DNA of 64,000 nucleotides from Candidatus Woesearchaeota archaeon (GTDB lineage Archaea; Nanobdellota; Nanobdellia; Woesearchaeales; SM23-78): NCBI GenBank assembly GCA_019322375.1, contig JAHWIP010000003.1, positions 6,792 to 70,791 of the forward strand, read 5' to 3'. Shown piece by piece: positions 57,201 to 64,000 of this stretch (position 1 is its first letter; each line of letters starts with the position of its first letter). The notes under the pieces were generated by a model. It saw only the letters and a program-made list of their open reading frames with translations, ran no database searches and was not told where the DNA came from. The position numbers and the translations under genes were made by a program.

Positions 57201-57738
57201 TCATTACAGCATGTTCCAGACAAGAATAATCAAAGAAGCCCTGGACAGGCTTTTGCAAAAAAAAGAAGACTATCTTGGAGTCCTTAATATTATAAACACA
57301 AGCTCAACCAAATTATCTGCAGACCTGCCAACAGCCCTTGTTAATCCTAAATTAGAAAAAAACCAGGCATTTATACAGGACTTGTTAAAATACAATAGAA
57401 CCAAGAACCGCTATGTGGGCAATGATGAAAAAGGAAAAAGAGAATTTACAGAGCACAACAAAAAATTCTACAGGCCAGATCCCAAGTACTTTATGAGAAA
57501 GTTCTATGGAAAAACAAGCAAAGACATAGATGTTCATGCTCCTATAGCCAAGCTCTTTGGAGGAATAATAAACCTGGGAGAAGACAATTCCAGTGATACA
57601 AAAAAAGAATTTTGGCGTCAAAGACAGATGTACAGGCAGCTAATATCTGAGACTATGCTGAGCAGGCAGGAATTAAAGCAGATTTTAAACCAAGAGCTTG
57701 CAGTGCATGAACCAGGCGGACAGTTTATTATTATGTAA
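54265..57738 (+). CDS. Large (about 1150 aa) lysine-rich orphan protein, function unknown
   Basis: Long ORF with normal codon structure; isolated motifs VFLDIEKF (hhhDxE), GRIDTDIDSG, ILYYGGDDVDK but no consistent polymerase/helicase motif order; no Walker A. Confidence 0.45.
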   Translation: MFSWACMAQSSMFIGKFEFEGPGSHLTMTLWQGNKAYQFSTNFIGVYPNDQTKLKKKKTIWPASREKKISLEKILVEQGLEKSDSFDIKQGEYAFDIIDKRIVQLFLDKRDYDKLPEEATNELITCHTQSMKWDFGIMQKAEIESWLLKILKEKSKLDQEIDSLYKAMLRTNKKQLTGSLDDITSFIKKDYHKDDFDKKIIPLLFESIGYRFKQQEDKNLLIHLFQQTRYSFKHKHHYINAQKKVFEPLDIEIDYPKLTDKKNDAYYKKILKKPFGRRFLENSKQVLGEKGIDAIFSKDKEIYILKSEQEELFNTFKRLLSHKAEYPDVEDYVESIKYQLEDLFCRVQYFNLHSKTRKDLRKLVKEKLEEIGGEERDKDNLNYDKKIFERAQRLRQKKQDLESRIKQIKSSNTLKYDFDYQRTMLFLDIMHRHPEVKGDDKLKKKLRKKIYFEGIKPKGMINEHEWLDQTPSVFLDIEKFQYGTPEEVINAIISSVRRVDGEYIGRIDTDIDSGEKNILGFQIKHHHNNMNLMLSSADFINPERCYTYFTQGDYDFKHLSKTRLFRTGKEKVIVPRQKVHEEFIRRYDIPGVSINTVTLAKIIWPHLLNHRLATLVNKLYQKEGTEKVFEKSFDYEELREQAGLAKKGDKEKAYDILYYGGDDVDKPFKAWLHPKARYIFKDLLEVCNTFGITPDQASSNANTAAHLFEKRFYEKSGGILSPGIFRQKHQELAKEFRNKYTEYRTKHLLEQGLKIDFERGVQDNVSQLYFSPELFICKVLYPDFPGVKAFVDRTMRMKNPERKVSRLQYVKPFVVSMLTDLYGIHKIQDEIKVLEKEKAELLEEIRGMPESQEKQSEKEQKIKAFGGKWEKIIDKLISMNNKKYFFGQLFGVKCEKVEERVQQAYKTIADVINENDIHPLQIKGNFIYAKENLPDKVLRKAGLFRMRNMRIFNMQKNELTFHAEDQYAGYPPRLDRPGFHYSMFQTRIIKEALDRLLQKKEDYLGVLNIINTSSTKLSADLPTALVNPKLEKNQAFIQDLLKYNRTKNRYVGNDEKGKREFTEHNKKFYRPDPKYFMRKFYGKTSKDIDVHAPIAKLFGGIINLGEDNSSDTKKEFWRQRQMYRQLISETMLSRQELKQILNQELAVHEPGGQFIIM

Positions 57739-57767
57739 AAGAAATAAAAATAATAACCCAGAAATTT

Positions 57768-58808
57768 TTATGTAAACATCATGCTAAGCATATAAATCTT
57801 GTTAAGAATCTCAACCTTGTTAAGAACAATGGTTTCTACTAATGCGCCGATAATGAATATAATAATCGCTATTATGAACAAGGTGTAATTATTAGCAAAC
57901 ACTTTTTTCAGTCTTTTCTGCTGAAACAAGTTTCCAATAAAATGAATCATGCTGGTAATTACTATAACACAGATTAAGCTGAAGATTAAAGGGCTTGTTA
58001 TTCCAAATCCATACCCAAGGATTAGTTTTAAAAACACAATCAGGGCAAAGCCGCAGATAAGATAAAAAATAAAATTTCTAATATCCTTTCTCTCCTTAAT
58101 AATCTCATCAGATATAATGCCCCCAGAAATAGCAGCCAATATATAGGCTCCGCCTTCAAGTATTAAATGAGGCAGGGTAATGATAAATATCAAGAATAAG
58201 TACCCCCAAGGGCTGACACCAGCAGCACTGCCAGCTGCAAAAGCCCTGTACCCAAACAAAGCACCCCAGCTGCTGGCATTCCAGGTTATAAAAAAGATAG
58301 CTCCGTCACCAGCAACAATAGCCAGTAAAAAGCAGGCAAGCAAAACCCACCAGTTATTAGCCAGGATGCTCACAAAAGTGTCGAAAATATAAGCCCTTCC
58401 CCTAAGAGCAGGGTCAACAAACAACTGCTCCTTAAAGATGTTAAAAGTGTTGACTCCGAGCTGAGGAAGGATAAAGGAATAAAAAGTATAAGTCAGATAA
58501 ATGCCAAAGAAAATAGCAAAATAAACCCTTATAGCCTGGTTGTTCTTAAAAAAATGCTTAACAGAAGCAAAATTCTTTAAAGAAAGCCTTTTCTCAGTCT
58601 CCTCTTCTTTTTCCTCCTTCTTAAACATTTTCTGCAGATAAGGAAGAATAAGCAGAGAAGTAAAAATAACACTAACAATGCCAGAATTAGCCCCAAACAA
58701 CAACCTGGCAGCAATAATCCCAACAGTAGAATAGATAACAGCAATAAGAAAAGCATAACCAACCCTTTTCTCAAGCCAGTTCTCAGGGAATAAGTGTTCT
58801 AGGACCAT
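57768..58808 (-). CDS. Polytopic membrane protein (SpoIIM/DUF95-like?)
   Basis: 346 aa, 8 or more TM helices with a K/E-rich cytoplasmic loop. Confidence 0.35.
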   Translation of the reverse strand: MVLEHLFPENWLEKRVGYAFLIAVIYSTVGIIAARLLFGANSGIVSVIFTSLLILPYLQKMFKKEEKEEETEKRLSLKNFASVKHFFKNNQAIRVYFAIFFGIYLTYTFYSFILPQLGVNTFNIFKEQLFVDPALRGRAYIFDTFVSILANNWWVLLACFLLAIVAGDGAIFFITWNASSWGALFGYRAFAAGSAAGVSPWGYLFLIFIITLPHLILEGGAYILAAISGGIISDEIIKERKDIRNFIFYLICGFALIVFLKLILGYGFGITSPLIFSLICVIVITSMIHFIGNLFQQKRLKKVFANNYTLFIIAIIIFIIGALVETIVLNKVEILNKIYMLSMMFT

Positions 58809-58922
58809 AAAATAATTTTTTGATTATGTTATATAAAAAGTTTTAGGTTGGTGAGGTTCAGGTTGGGGAAAGAAATAATAAAAAATTTTGTTGGCATTGG
58901 GGGGTGTTTCTCTAGAAAAATC

Positions 58923-61412
58923 TTACTTTTCAAAGATTAGATTGCAGTTTGATTCTACAATTAAAGCAGCAGCTTTTTGCAGAGAGCTAATCCTGTTCTG
59001 GTTGGCATCAAGTATTACTCCTTCTGAAGAGCTAAGCAGATTTCGTATTTCATTATAATTAATCATATTAATATTAGCCAATCTTTGTAGCTGTGCCAAA
59101 TTGTTTATTATAATCATCCTTCCACAATCTCCCTCAAATCTTATATTGTAGGTGCTGAATGGAGATGACACAAGGTTAATCATTCCACTGAAAAGAGGGA
59201 CTGCTCTCTGGTTTTCTGTTCCCATTAGAGAAGCTGATACATCAAAAGCACTAGCAGCCATGTAAGAAGGATGATTATTACCATAACTCACAAGAGGATC
59301 TCCTATCAACTCCATTTGAGAGGGTATGTTTGGGTTAATTTCTCCGTAAGGCCAGGCTATAGTAATGAAATAATCTCTTGAATCCTGGAGTGCAAATCTT
59401 ATCACATCTCCTATCTTATGTCCTTGATTAAAGTAAGGCATAATCCAACTAGCCCAACCGGATCCTGTTCCTAAAAGATCCACGCTGCCATATACATTTG
59501 TTGATAATGATCTAAGAGTGCTGTCAAGATTATTATCATAATTAACATGTTTGATTGTGCTGCATGCATGCAAGTACCATAAAGATGGCTTATGAGGTCT
59601 CCTGCTCAGAATTGAATCTGCATTAACATGGGGTTCAGTTGCACTTAAATAATTTGGACCTCCATGGCCCTTGAGTATTACAAATTCACTATTTTTTGCC
59701 AAATCAAGAATTAAATCCAACGGAGGATTATTAATCAAACTGTTGGTGTCAGTTGGATCTCCATAAGAATCAACCTTGCTTGCACCATACATTTTATTGA
59801 GGTTTTCTATAATTGATTTTGAATCCCAACACCTATATCCTATTGAGCAATTCGCAGTCCAAGTTATGTCCCAGTCAGAAGAAAAAACAGCTTTCTTACT
59901 TATTTGTATAAGATTGTTTTCTTTTAGCCAGCCAAGATTTAATAGTATTGAAGCACTGGTTAAATCATAACCTGTTATTCTTCCAACACCCATGTCAGGA
60001 ATAAAATATTTATCTTGGTCTCCAATATCACTAGAGCTCCAAGCACTGTTTCTATCAGCATACAAAATATCAGCACTGAATTGCTGTAAGAAAGGGTTGT
60101 CACTCATATTTATGATTTCAATCGGCATCCTGTAAGTATATGGAATTTTAAGTCTGTCAGCAACTATGGTCATGTACTTGAATTCCTGGTTATTATTGTA
60201 AGGTCTTAACAAGTTAAGTTGTCTATCAATATCATTATCAAAGCTGAAAGTACTGCCTGCTGCATCACCCTCTACAGATATCAAAGCAGTATTTCGGTAT
60301 AATACATAGAGAACTCCAAGTTTTGAGTAATCTGAAGTTACTTTAGGAATAACAGTAACAATCTTTTCACTGGAAATACCTTGGTTTAGTTTTATTTCTG
60401 CATTCCTAATATCAGGAACTTGCTCTATGTTGCTGGAATAAGAGTAAAGATATCTTCTTGTATAATCATTGTTACCAAAATAAATTATTTTTCTTGAAGG
60501 TATTTTTTCAATATATCTACTAACATCCAGCACAGAGTCCAGAAACAAACCATTGTTTTTACCAGCCCAAGCAGACGCATAAGGCTTTAACTCTTCATTG
60601 TCTGAGAAGGAGATTAGTCGAAATGGGGATACTAGCATTTCATTAACTGTAGATTTCTGATATTCAATGCCTTCATTTGTTAGATAACGTTCAATATTAT
60701 TGAAATTTTCATTATCTTCATAAACAATTTTTACCAAGACATCTTTTGTAAGGGCTTTTAAGAACAGTATTATCTCGTATTCCCGACCTTCAGTATATAT
60801 TATCACAGGAACCTTATCATTATTAACAGCAAGAGGAGCGATTTTTAGCAAGGTATCTGTGTTTTTTACTATGAACACGTATGATAAAGTGTCACAATCC
60901 TCATCTATTTGTCCATCACAGTCATTATCCTTTCCATCACACACTTCAGGAACACAAGCAGATATACATTGGTTGTTTTGGCATGTTTGGCTGCTTTGGC
61001 ATGTTCCGCAACTTCCTCCGCAGCCGTCGTTACCGCATTCTTTGTCAGCACAGTTAGGGGTGCAAGCAGATACACACTGGCCATTCTGGCAGCCATTTTC
61101 ACAGCTATAAGATGTACTTCTAATCCTATTTCTTCTACAATAATACTCTGTAAGATCCTTACTGCCAGTGCACCCATCAGTTTTAGTCGTAGAACCTGCT
61201 CTGGTAGTTCCTCTCTCATAATAATCCCTGCCCCCATCAGAATCAGTGCATGTTGTTCTACCCCCTCTCCTGGCTTCACCAATAATATTGCCTTGTTCAT
61301 CAACCAATAGAACTGTTGCATTAGCAGCCATCATAAAGCCAATTAATGCTACCAGGGCTACCATCAGCACCAGGCCAATCATTGCACGATTAGGATTAAT
61401 GGTTTTTTTCAA
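58923..61412 (-). CDS. Secreted clan-CD cysteine peptidase (gingipain/C25-like) with N-terminal MopE-type Cys-rich repeats
   Basis: His/Cys dyad context EFVILKGHGG ... SLWYLHACST; N-terminal repeats CDGKDNDCDGQIDEDCD and GCxNGxC; TTG start with signal-like MIGLVLMVALVALIGF. Confidence 0.5.
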   Translation of the reverse strand: MKKTINPNRAMIGLVLMVALVALIGFMMAANATVLLVDEQGNIIGEARRGGRTTCTDSDGGRDYYERGTTRAGSTTKTDGCTGSKDLTEYYCRRNRIRSTSYSCENGCQNGQCVSACTPNCADKECGNDGCGGSCGTCQSSQTCQNNQCISACVPEVCDGKDNDCDGQIDEDCDTLSYVFIVKNTDTLLKIAPLAVNNDKVPVIIYTEGREYEIILFLKALTKDVLVKIVYEDNENFNNIERYLTNEGIEYQKSTVNEMLVSPFRLISFSDNEELKPYASAWAGKNNGLFLDSVLDVSRYIEKIPSRKIIYFGNNDYTRRYLYSYSSNIEQVPDIRNAEIKLNQGISSEKIVTVIPKVTSDYSKLGVLYVLYRNTALISVEGDAAGSTFSFDNDIDRQLNLLRPYNNNQEFKYMTIVADRLKIPYTYRMPIEIINMSDNPFLQQFSADILYADRNSAWSSSDIGDQDKYFIPDMGVGRITGYDLTSASILLNLGWLKENNLIQISKKAVFSSDWDITWTANCSIGYRCWDSKSIIENLNKMYGASKVDSYGDPTDTNSLINNPPLDLILDLAKNSEFVILKGHGGPNYLSATEPHVNADSILSRRPHKPSLWYLHACSTIKHVNYDNNLDSTLRSLSTNVYGSVDLLGTGSGWASWIMPYFNQGHKIGDVIRFALQDSRDYFITIAWPYGEINPNIPSQMELIGDPLVSYGNNHPSYMAASAFDVSASLMGTENQRAVPLFSGMINLVSSPFSTYNIRFEGDCGRMIIINNLAQLQRLANINMINYNEIRNLLSSSEGVILDANQNRISSLQKAAALIVESNCNLIFEK

Positions 61413-61420
61413 TTTCTTTT

Positions 61421-61447
61421 TTTCTCGCGAACATAGTGAGCGAGCAA
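61421..61447 (-). repeat. GC-rich palindromic element copy C (TTGCTCGCTCACTATGTTCGCGAGAAA) in promoter/5' region of protease gene
   Basis: Arms TTGCTCGCTC and CGCGAGAAA shared with copies A and B; centre differs. Confidence 0.7.
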
Positions 61448-61699
61448 ATAATTATTTTTAACTTAATTTTTAATTCAATTCTTGTTTTAATCTTATAAAA
61501 ATTTTCCGAAAATCTGCACTGGACACACTGGACATGGGGACGTAGGATATATAAAGGACTCTGGCTTCTCTATATGTAAGGTAAGCACGTAATTCTTACC
61601 TTTTCTTTCCTTTTTTGGAAAGAAAACCTCCGGCTCTCCGGCGCCTTGACAGCGCCTAAATAAGAGAGCTATGAAACAGGCAAATCTTTGATTTGACGG

Positions 61700-61724
61700 T
61701 TCAAAGAAAGTTTGTTTCTTTGAA
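61700..61724 (+). promoter_or_regulatory. Perfect 10-bp stem / 5-nt loop hairpin (TTCAAAGAAA-GTTTG-TTTCTTTGAA) in leader of downstream gene
   Basis: Read directly; lies 33 nt upstream of ATG 61757, after a GGCGC/GCGCC hairpin at 61640-61656. Confidence 0.3.
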
Positions 61725-61756
61725 ATAAAATGCGATAAGCAAAGGAGGCGGTGAAT

Positions 61757-62029
61757 ATGGAAAAAAAGACAGCATCAGGCAACTTGCCTGTAAAGAAATT
61801 TAAGGCAGGAGCTATTTCTGCAACAATTTGGGAAAACCAAGCCCAGAATAAACAAGGAGAGGAAGTAACCTATAACAGTGTCAGCTTTGACAGGACTTAT
61901 AAGGATGCTAATGGTGAATGGCAAAAGACTAATTCTTTAAGAACATCTGATTTGCCCAAAGCAGCCCTTGTTCTTAACAAAGCTTACGAGTTTCTGGCCC
62001 TTAACAGGCCAGAAGCTGCTGAGGCTTAA
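61757..62029 (+). CDS. Small hypothetical protein upstream of radA (possible OB-fold)
   Basis: AAGGAGG 8 nt upstream of ATG; 90 aa; 16 nt before radA. Confidence 0.4.
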   Translation: MEKKTASGNLPVKKFKAGAISATIWENQAQNKQGEEVTYNSVSFDRTYKDANGEWQKTNSLRTSDLPKAALVLNKAYEFLALNRPEAAEA

Positions 62030-62045
62030 TAATTGAGGTGATATT

Positions 62046-63063
62046 CATGCAGAAGTTACAATCTGTTAAAAAAGTGGAAAGATTTAAAATGAAAAAAGAA
62101 GTTCCAAGGTTAATGCCTTCTAAAAAGCGAGAAAAAGAGACTGAAATCCAGGATTTGCCTGGCATAGGAGCAGCAACAGCTGAAAAATTAAAACTATCTG
62201 GTTTTGACAGCCTTATGAGTATAGCAGTGGCTACTCCTGGAGAAATAATAAATGTTGCAGGAGTAACAGAGGCAACTGCTAGAAAAGTTATTAAGTCTGC
62301 CAGGGACAGCCTGGACATGGGTTTTCAGTCAGGTATTGATTTAATGAAGAAAAGAGAGGGTGTTCAAAAGATTAGTACTGGAAGTAAGAATTTTGATACT
62401 TTGTTAGCTGGAGGCATGGAAACAGGTGCTATTACAGAATGTTTTGGTCCTTATGGCAGTGGTAAGACCCAGATAGGGCATGTTCTTGCTGTTCAAACTG
62501 TTGCTAATGACCCTGATGCAGTAGCGGTTTATATTGACACAGAAAACACTTTCAGGCCTAATAGGATTAAGCAGTTTGCAGAGGCTCTTGGTTTAAAACC
62601 AGAAAATGTTCTTAAAAATATTAAGGTTGCAAGGGCTTTTAACTCAGACCATCAAATGCTTCTTGTTGAAAAAGCAGAAGAACTGCTAAAACAAGGATTA
62701 AAAGTTAAATTAGTAGTTGTTGACTCATTAACAGCTCATTTTAGAGCAGAGTTTGTTGGCAGAGGAACTCTTGCTGAAAGGCAGCAAAAGCTTAACAAGC
62801 ACATGCACGCCCTTTCAAAGCTTGCAGACGTGCACAATCTTGCTGTTTATGTGACTAACCAAGTAATGGCAAAGCCAGACATGTTCTTTGGAGACCCAAC
62901 AGAAGCAATAGGAGGACATATAGTAGCTCATAACAGCACATACAGGATTTACCTGAGAAGAGGCAGAAAAGGAACAAGAGTAGGCAAGCTGGTAGATGCT
63001 CCTGACTTGGCAGATGATGAGTGTATATTTAAGATTACTGAGAAAGGCATTGAGGATGCATAA
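62046..63063 (+). CDS. radA: DNA repair and recombination protein RadA
   Basis: N-terminal HhH LPGIGAATAEKL; GPYGSGKTQ Walker A; LVVVDSLTAHFR Walker B; GAGGTGA 6 nt upstream. Confidence 0.9.
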
Positions 63064-63145
63064 ATTTTTTTCTTCTCTTTTTTTAAATAACTTTATAAAT
63101 AATCAAAAGTTCTATTGTATTAAATACATAAGGAGGGTTAGATAA

Positions 63146-63658
63146 ATGTTTGGAAGAAGACGTTTTGCCCCTGTTAGGGAGGGCGATGAGTTGGATGTAA
63201 AGATAGAGGCTGTTGGTGAGAAAGGCGATGGCATTGCTAAAAAGCAAGGCTTTGTTTTGTTTGTGCCTAACACCAAGGAAGGCGATGAGGTGAGAGTTAA
63301 GGTTACCCGTGTTCTTAGGAATGCTGGGTTTGCAGAGGTTATTGGTGGTGCAAAAGCTACTCCTGTTGAAGAGAAGCCAGCTGAGGAAGAAAAAGCAGAG
63401 GAAGAAGTTGCAGTGCTTGAAAAAGAATCTGAAGAAATGGACTCAGAGTCTTTTGGTGAAGAAACTCCGGAAGAGCCTGTTAAGGAAGAGCCAGTGGTAG
63501 AAGAAGAGCCTATAGAGGAACCAGCAGAAGAACCTGTGGTAGAAGAAGAGCCTGTAGTTGAAGAAGAGCCTATAGCAGAACCTGAAGCAGAGGAAATAGC
63601 AGAGAAACCAGAGCCGCCTGAAGAAGAGAAACCTAAAAAAAAGGGGAAAAAGAAGTAA
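63146..63658 (+). CDS. TRAM-domain protein with acidic Pro/Glu-rich repetitive tail
   Basis: ELDVKIEAVGEKGDGIAKKQGFVLFVPNTKEGDEVRVKVTRVLRNAGFAEVI = TRAM; tail PVVEEEPIEEP repeats; AAGGAGG upstream. Confidence 0.65.
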   Translation: MFGRRRFAPVREGDELDVKIEAVGEKGDGIAKKQGFVLFVPNTKEGDEVRVKVTRVLRNAGFAEVIGGAKATPVEEKPAEEEKAEEEVAVLEKESEEMDSESFGEETPEEPVKEEPVVEEEPIEEPAEEPVVEEEPVVEEEPIAEPEAEEIAEKPEPPEEEKPKKKGKKK

Positions 63659-63704
63659 CTCAATAAAAAGTTTTTAATATTATTCTTTTTTTCTATTATT
63701 TCTT

Positions 63705-64000
63705 ATGAGGTTATTCATAGCAATAGATTTGCCTGAAGAAGTAAAGCAGGTTATTGAAGAGATAAAAAAGCCTATCAAGGATATAAAAGGAGTCAAGCCT
63801 GTTAGAAAACAAAACCTTCATCTGACCATGAAGTTTCTTGGAGAAATAGAAGATGATAAGGTTAAGAAAATAGTTGAAGCCCTTGGTAAAGTCGAGTTTA
63901 AACCCTTTAACTTGTCCCTTGGCAAATTAGGGTTTTTTCCTAATGAAAAAAGAATAAGAGTACTATGGATAGATGCAGTGCCTGCAGAACCATTAAAAAT
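63705..64000 (+). CDS. thpR: RNA 2',3'-cyclic phosphodiesterase / 2'-5' RNA ligase family (ThpR/LigT), 3'-truncated by window end
   Basis: MRLFIAIDLPEEV..NLHLTMKFLGEI (HxTxxFLG motif 1). Confidence 0.6.
   Translation, partial: MRLFIAIDLPEEVKQVIEEIKKPIKDIKGVKPVRKQNLHLTMKFLGEIEDDKVKKIVEALGKVEFKPFNLSLGKLGFFPNEKRIRVLWIDAVPAEPLK

Noticed and set aside
54265-57738. Family-B DNA polymerase, AEP primase or RdRp assignment for the 1157-aa protein
   Set aside because: Individual motif-like strings (DIE, DTD, GDD, SQLYFS) are present, but their spacing and order do not match any of these families. Random short-motif matches are expected in a protein this long.
61646-61675. TTGACA-N18-TATGAA as a functional sigma-70 promoter
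   Set aside because: Hexamer matches of this quality are expected many times by chance in a 64-kb AT-rich sequence. It is mentioned only as something to test statistically genome-wide.
46600-62100. Bacterial contamination or chimeric assembly as an explanation for sigma-70, M23 and amidase genes
   Set aside because: It cannot be excluded without read data. It is disfavoured because archaeal markers (RPA at 46.7-48.1 kb, RadA at 62.0-63.1 kb, RNase P, NAC, Sec61-beta, histone, Hjc) flank these genes on a single contiguous sequence, with uniform AT-richness and SD usage.
63112-63663. 183-aa minus-strand ORF rich in Ser/Gly/Thr
   Set aside because: It is the antisense shadow of the acidic repeat tail of the TRAM-domain gene (63146-63658). 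It is pure low complexity. The plus-strand gene has an SD sequence and a recognisable domain.
1-64000. CRISPR arrays, rRNA genes, integrase or transposase genes
   Set aside because: No evenly spaced short direct repeats, no rRNA-like conserved stretches, and no recombinase motifs were seen. The only repeats are the 27-bp direct repeat pair, the 14-nt direct repeat pair and the 3-copy palindromic element.

Overview
This is an AT-rich (about one-third GC) archaeal chromosome segment, most plausibly from a small-genome DPANN-type archaeon. The archaeal assignment rests on these markers:
- a histone-fold protein, Hjc resolvase, RadA, RPA with a Zn-ribbon, NAC-alpha, Sec61-beta and MBF1
- tRNA-splicing endonuclease and RNase Z
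- a type-A RNase P RNA on the minus strand at about 32.26-32.63 kb

Genes are densely packed, often with Shine-Dalgarno-like GGAGGTGA leaders and overlapping stop and start codons.

Two large same-strand clusters dominate the window.
- Cluster 1 (0-9.7 kb) has a TadC/FlaJ-type pilus platform membrane protein followed by about 10 N-terminally anchored, Cys-rich secreted proteins.
- Cluster 2 (32.7-46.6 kb) has 14 consecutive genes that all begin with a basic N-terminus and hydrophobic helix. The [KR]-G-L-S-T/L motif looks like a class III (type IV pilin-like) signal peptide. The cluster includes two tiny tandem Cys-rich candidate major pilins, a peptidoglycan amidase (Amidase_2/PGRP) and a 1257-aa M23 (LytM) metallopeptidase. 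Both hydrolases sit behind pilin-like N-termini.
- Murein hydrolases on pilin-like carriers in an archaeon are the most striking candidate system here. They suggest a surface apparatus aimed at bacterial cell walls.

A second unexpected block lies at 48-58 kb.
- It holds a full-length bacterial group-1 sigma-70 homologue, with regions 1.2, 2.1-2.4, 3 and 4 recognisable.
- Immediately upstream, on the same strand, is a 743-aa GHKL (Bergerat-fold) ATPase.
- A 1157-aa lysine-rich orphan protein sits nearby.
- Archaeal RPA and RadA flank the block on either side.

Other observations:
- A 1.1 kb HTH plus nucleotidyltransferase (toxin-antitoxin-like) cassette is bracketed by 27-bp direct repeats that duplicate the 3' end of a small gene.
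- A HEPN/MNT pair lies next to the RNase P RNA.
- A roughly 28-nt GC-rich palindromic element occurs three times, twice in-frame inside coding regions.
- A GC-rich ORF-free island at 1.9-2.1 kb is a candidate structured ncRNA.
- There is a gingipain-like clan-CD protease with MopE-type Cys repeats.
- A TrmB-regulated glycosylation operon ends in a processive (QxxRW) GT2 synthase.

No CRISPR array, rRNA gene or confidently identifiable tRNA gene was found.
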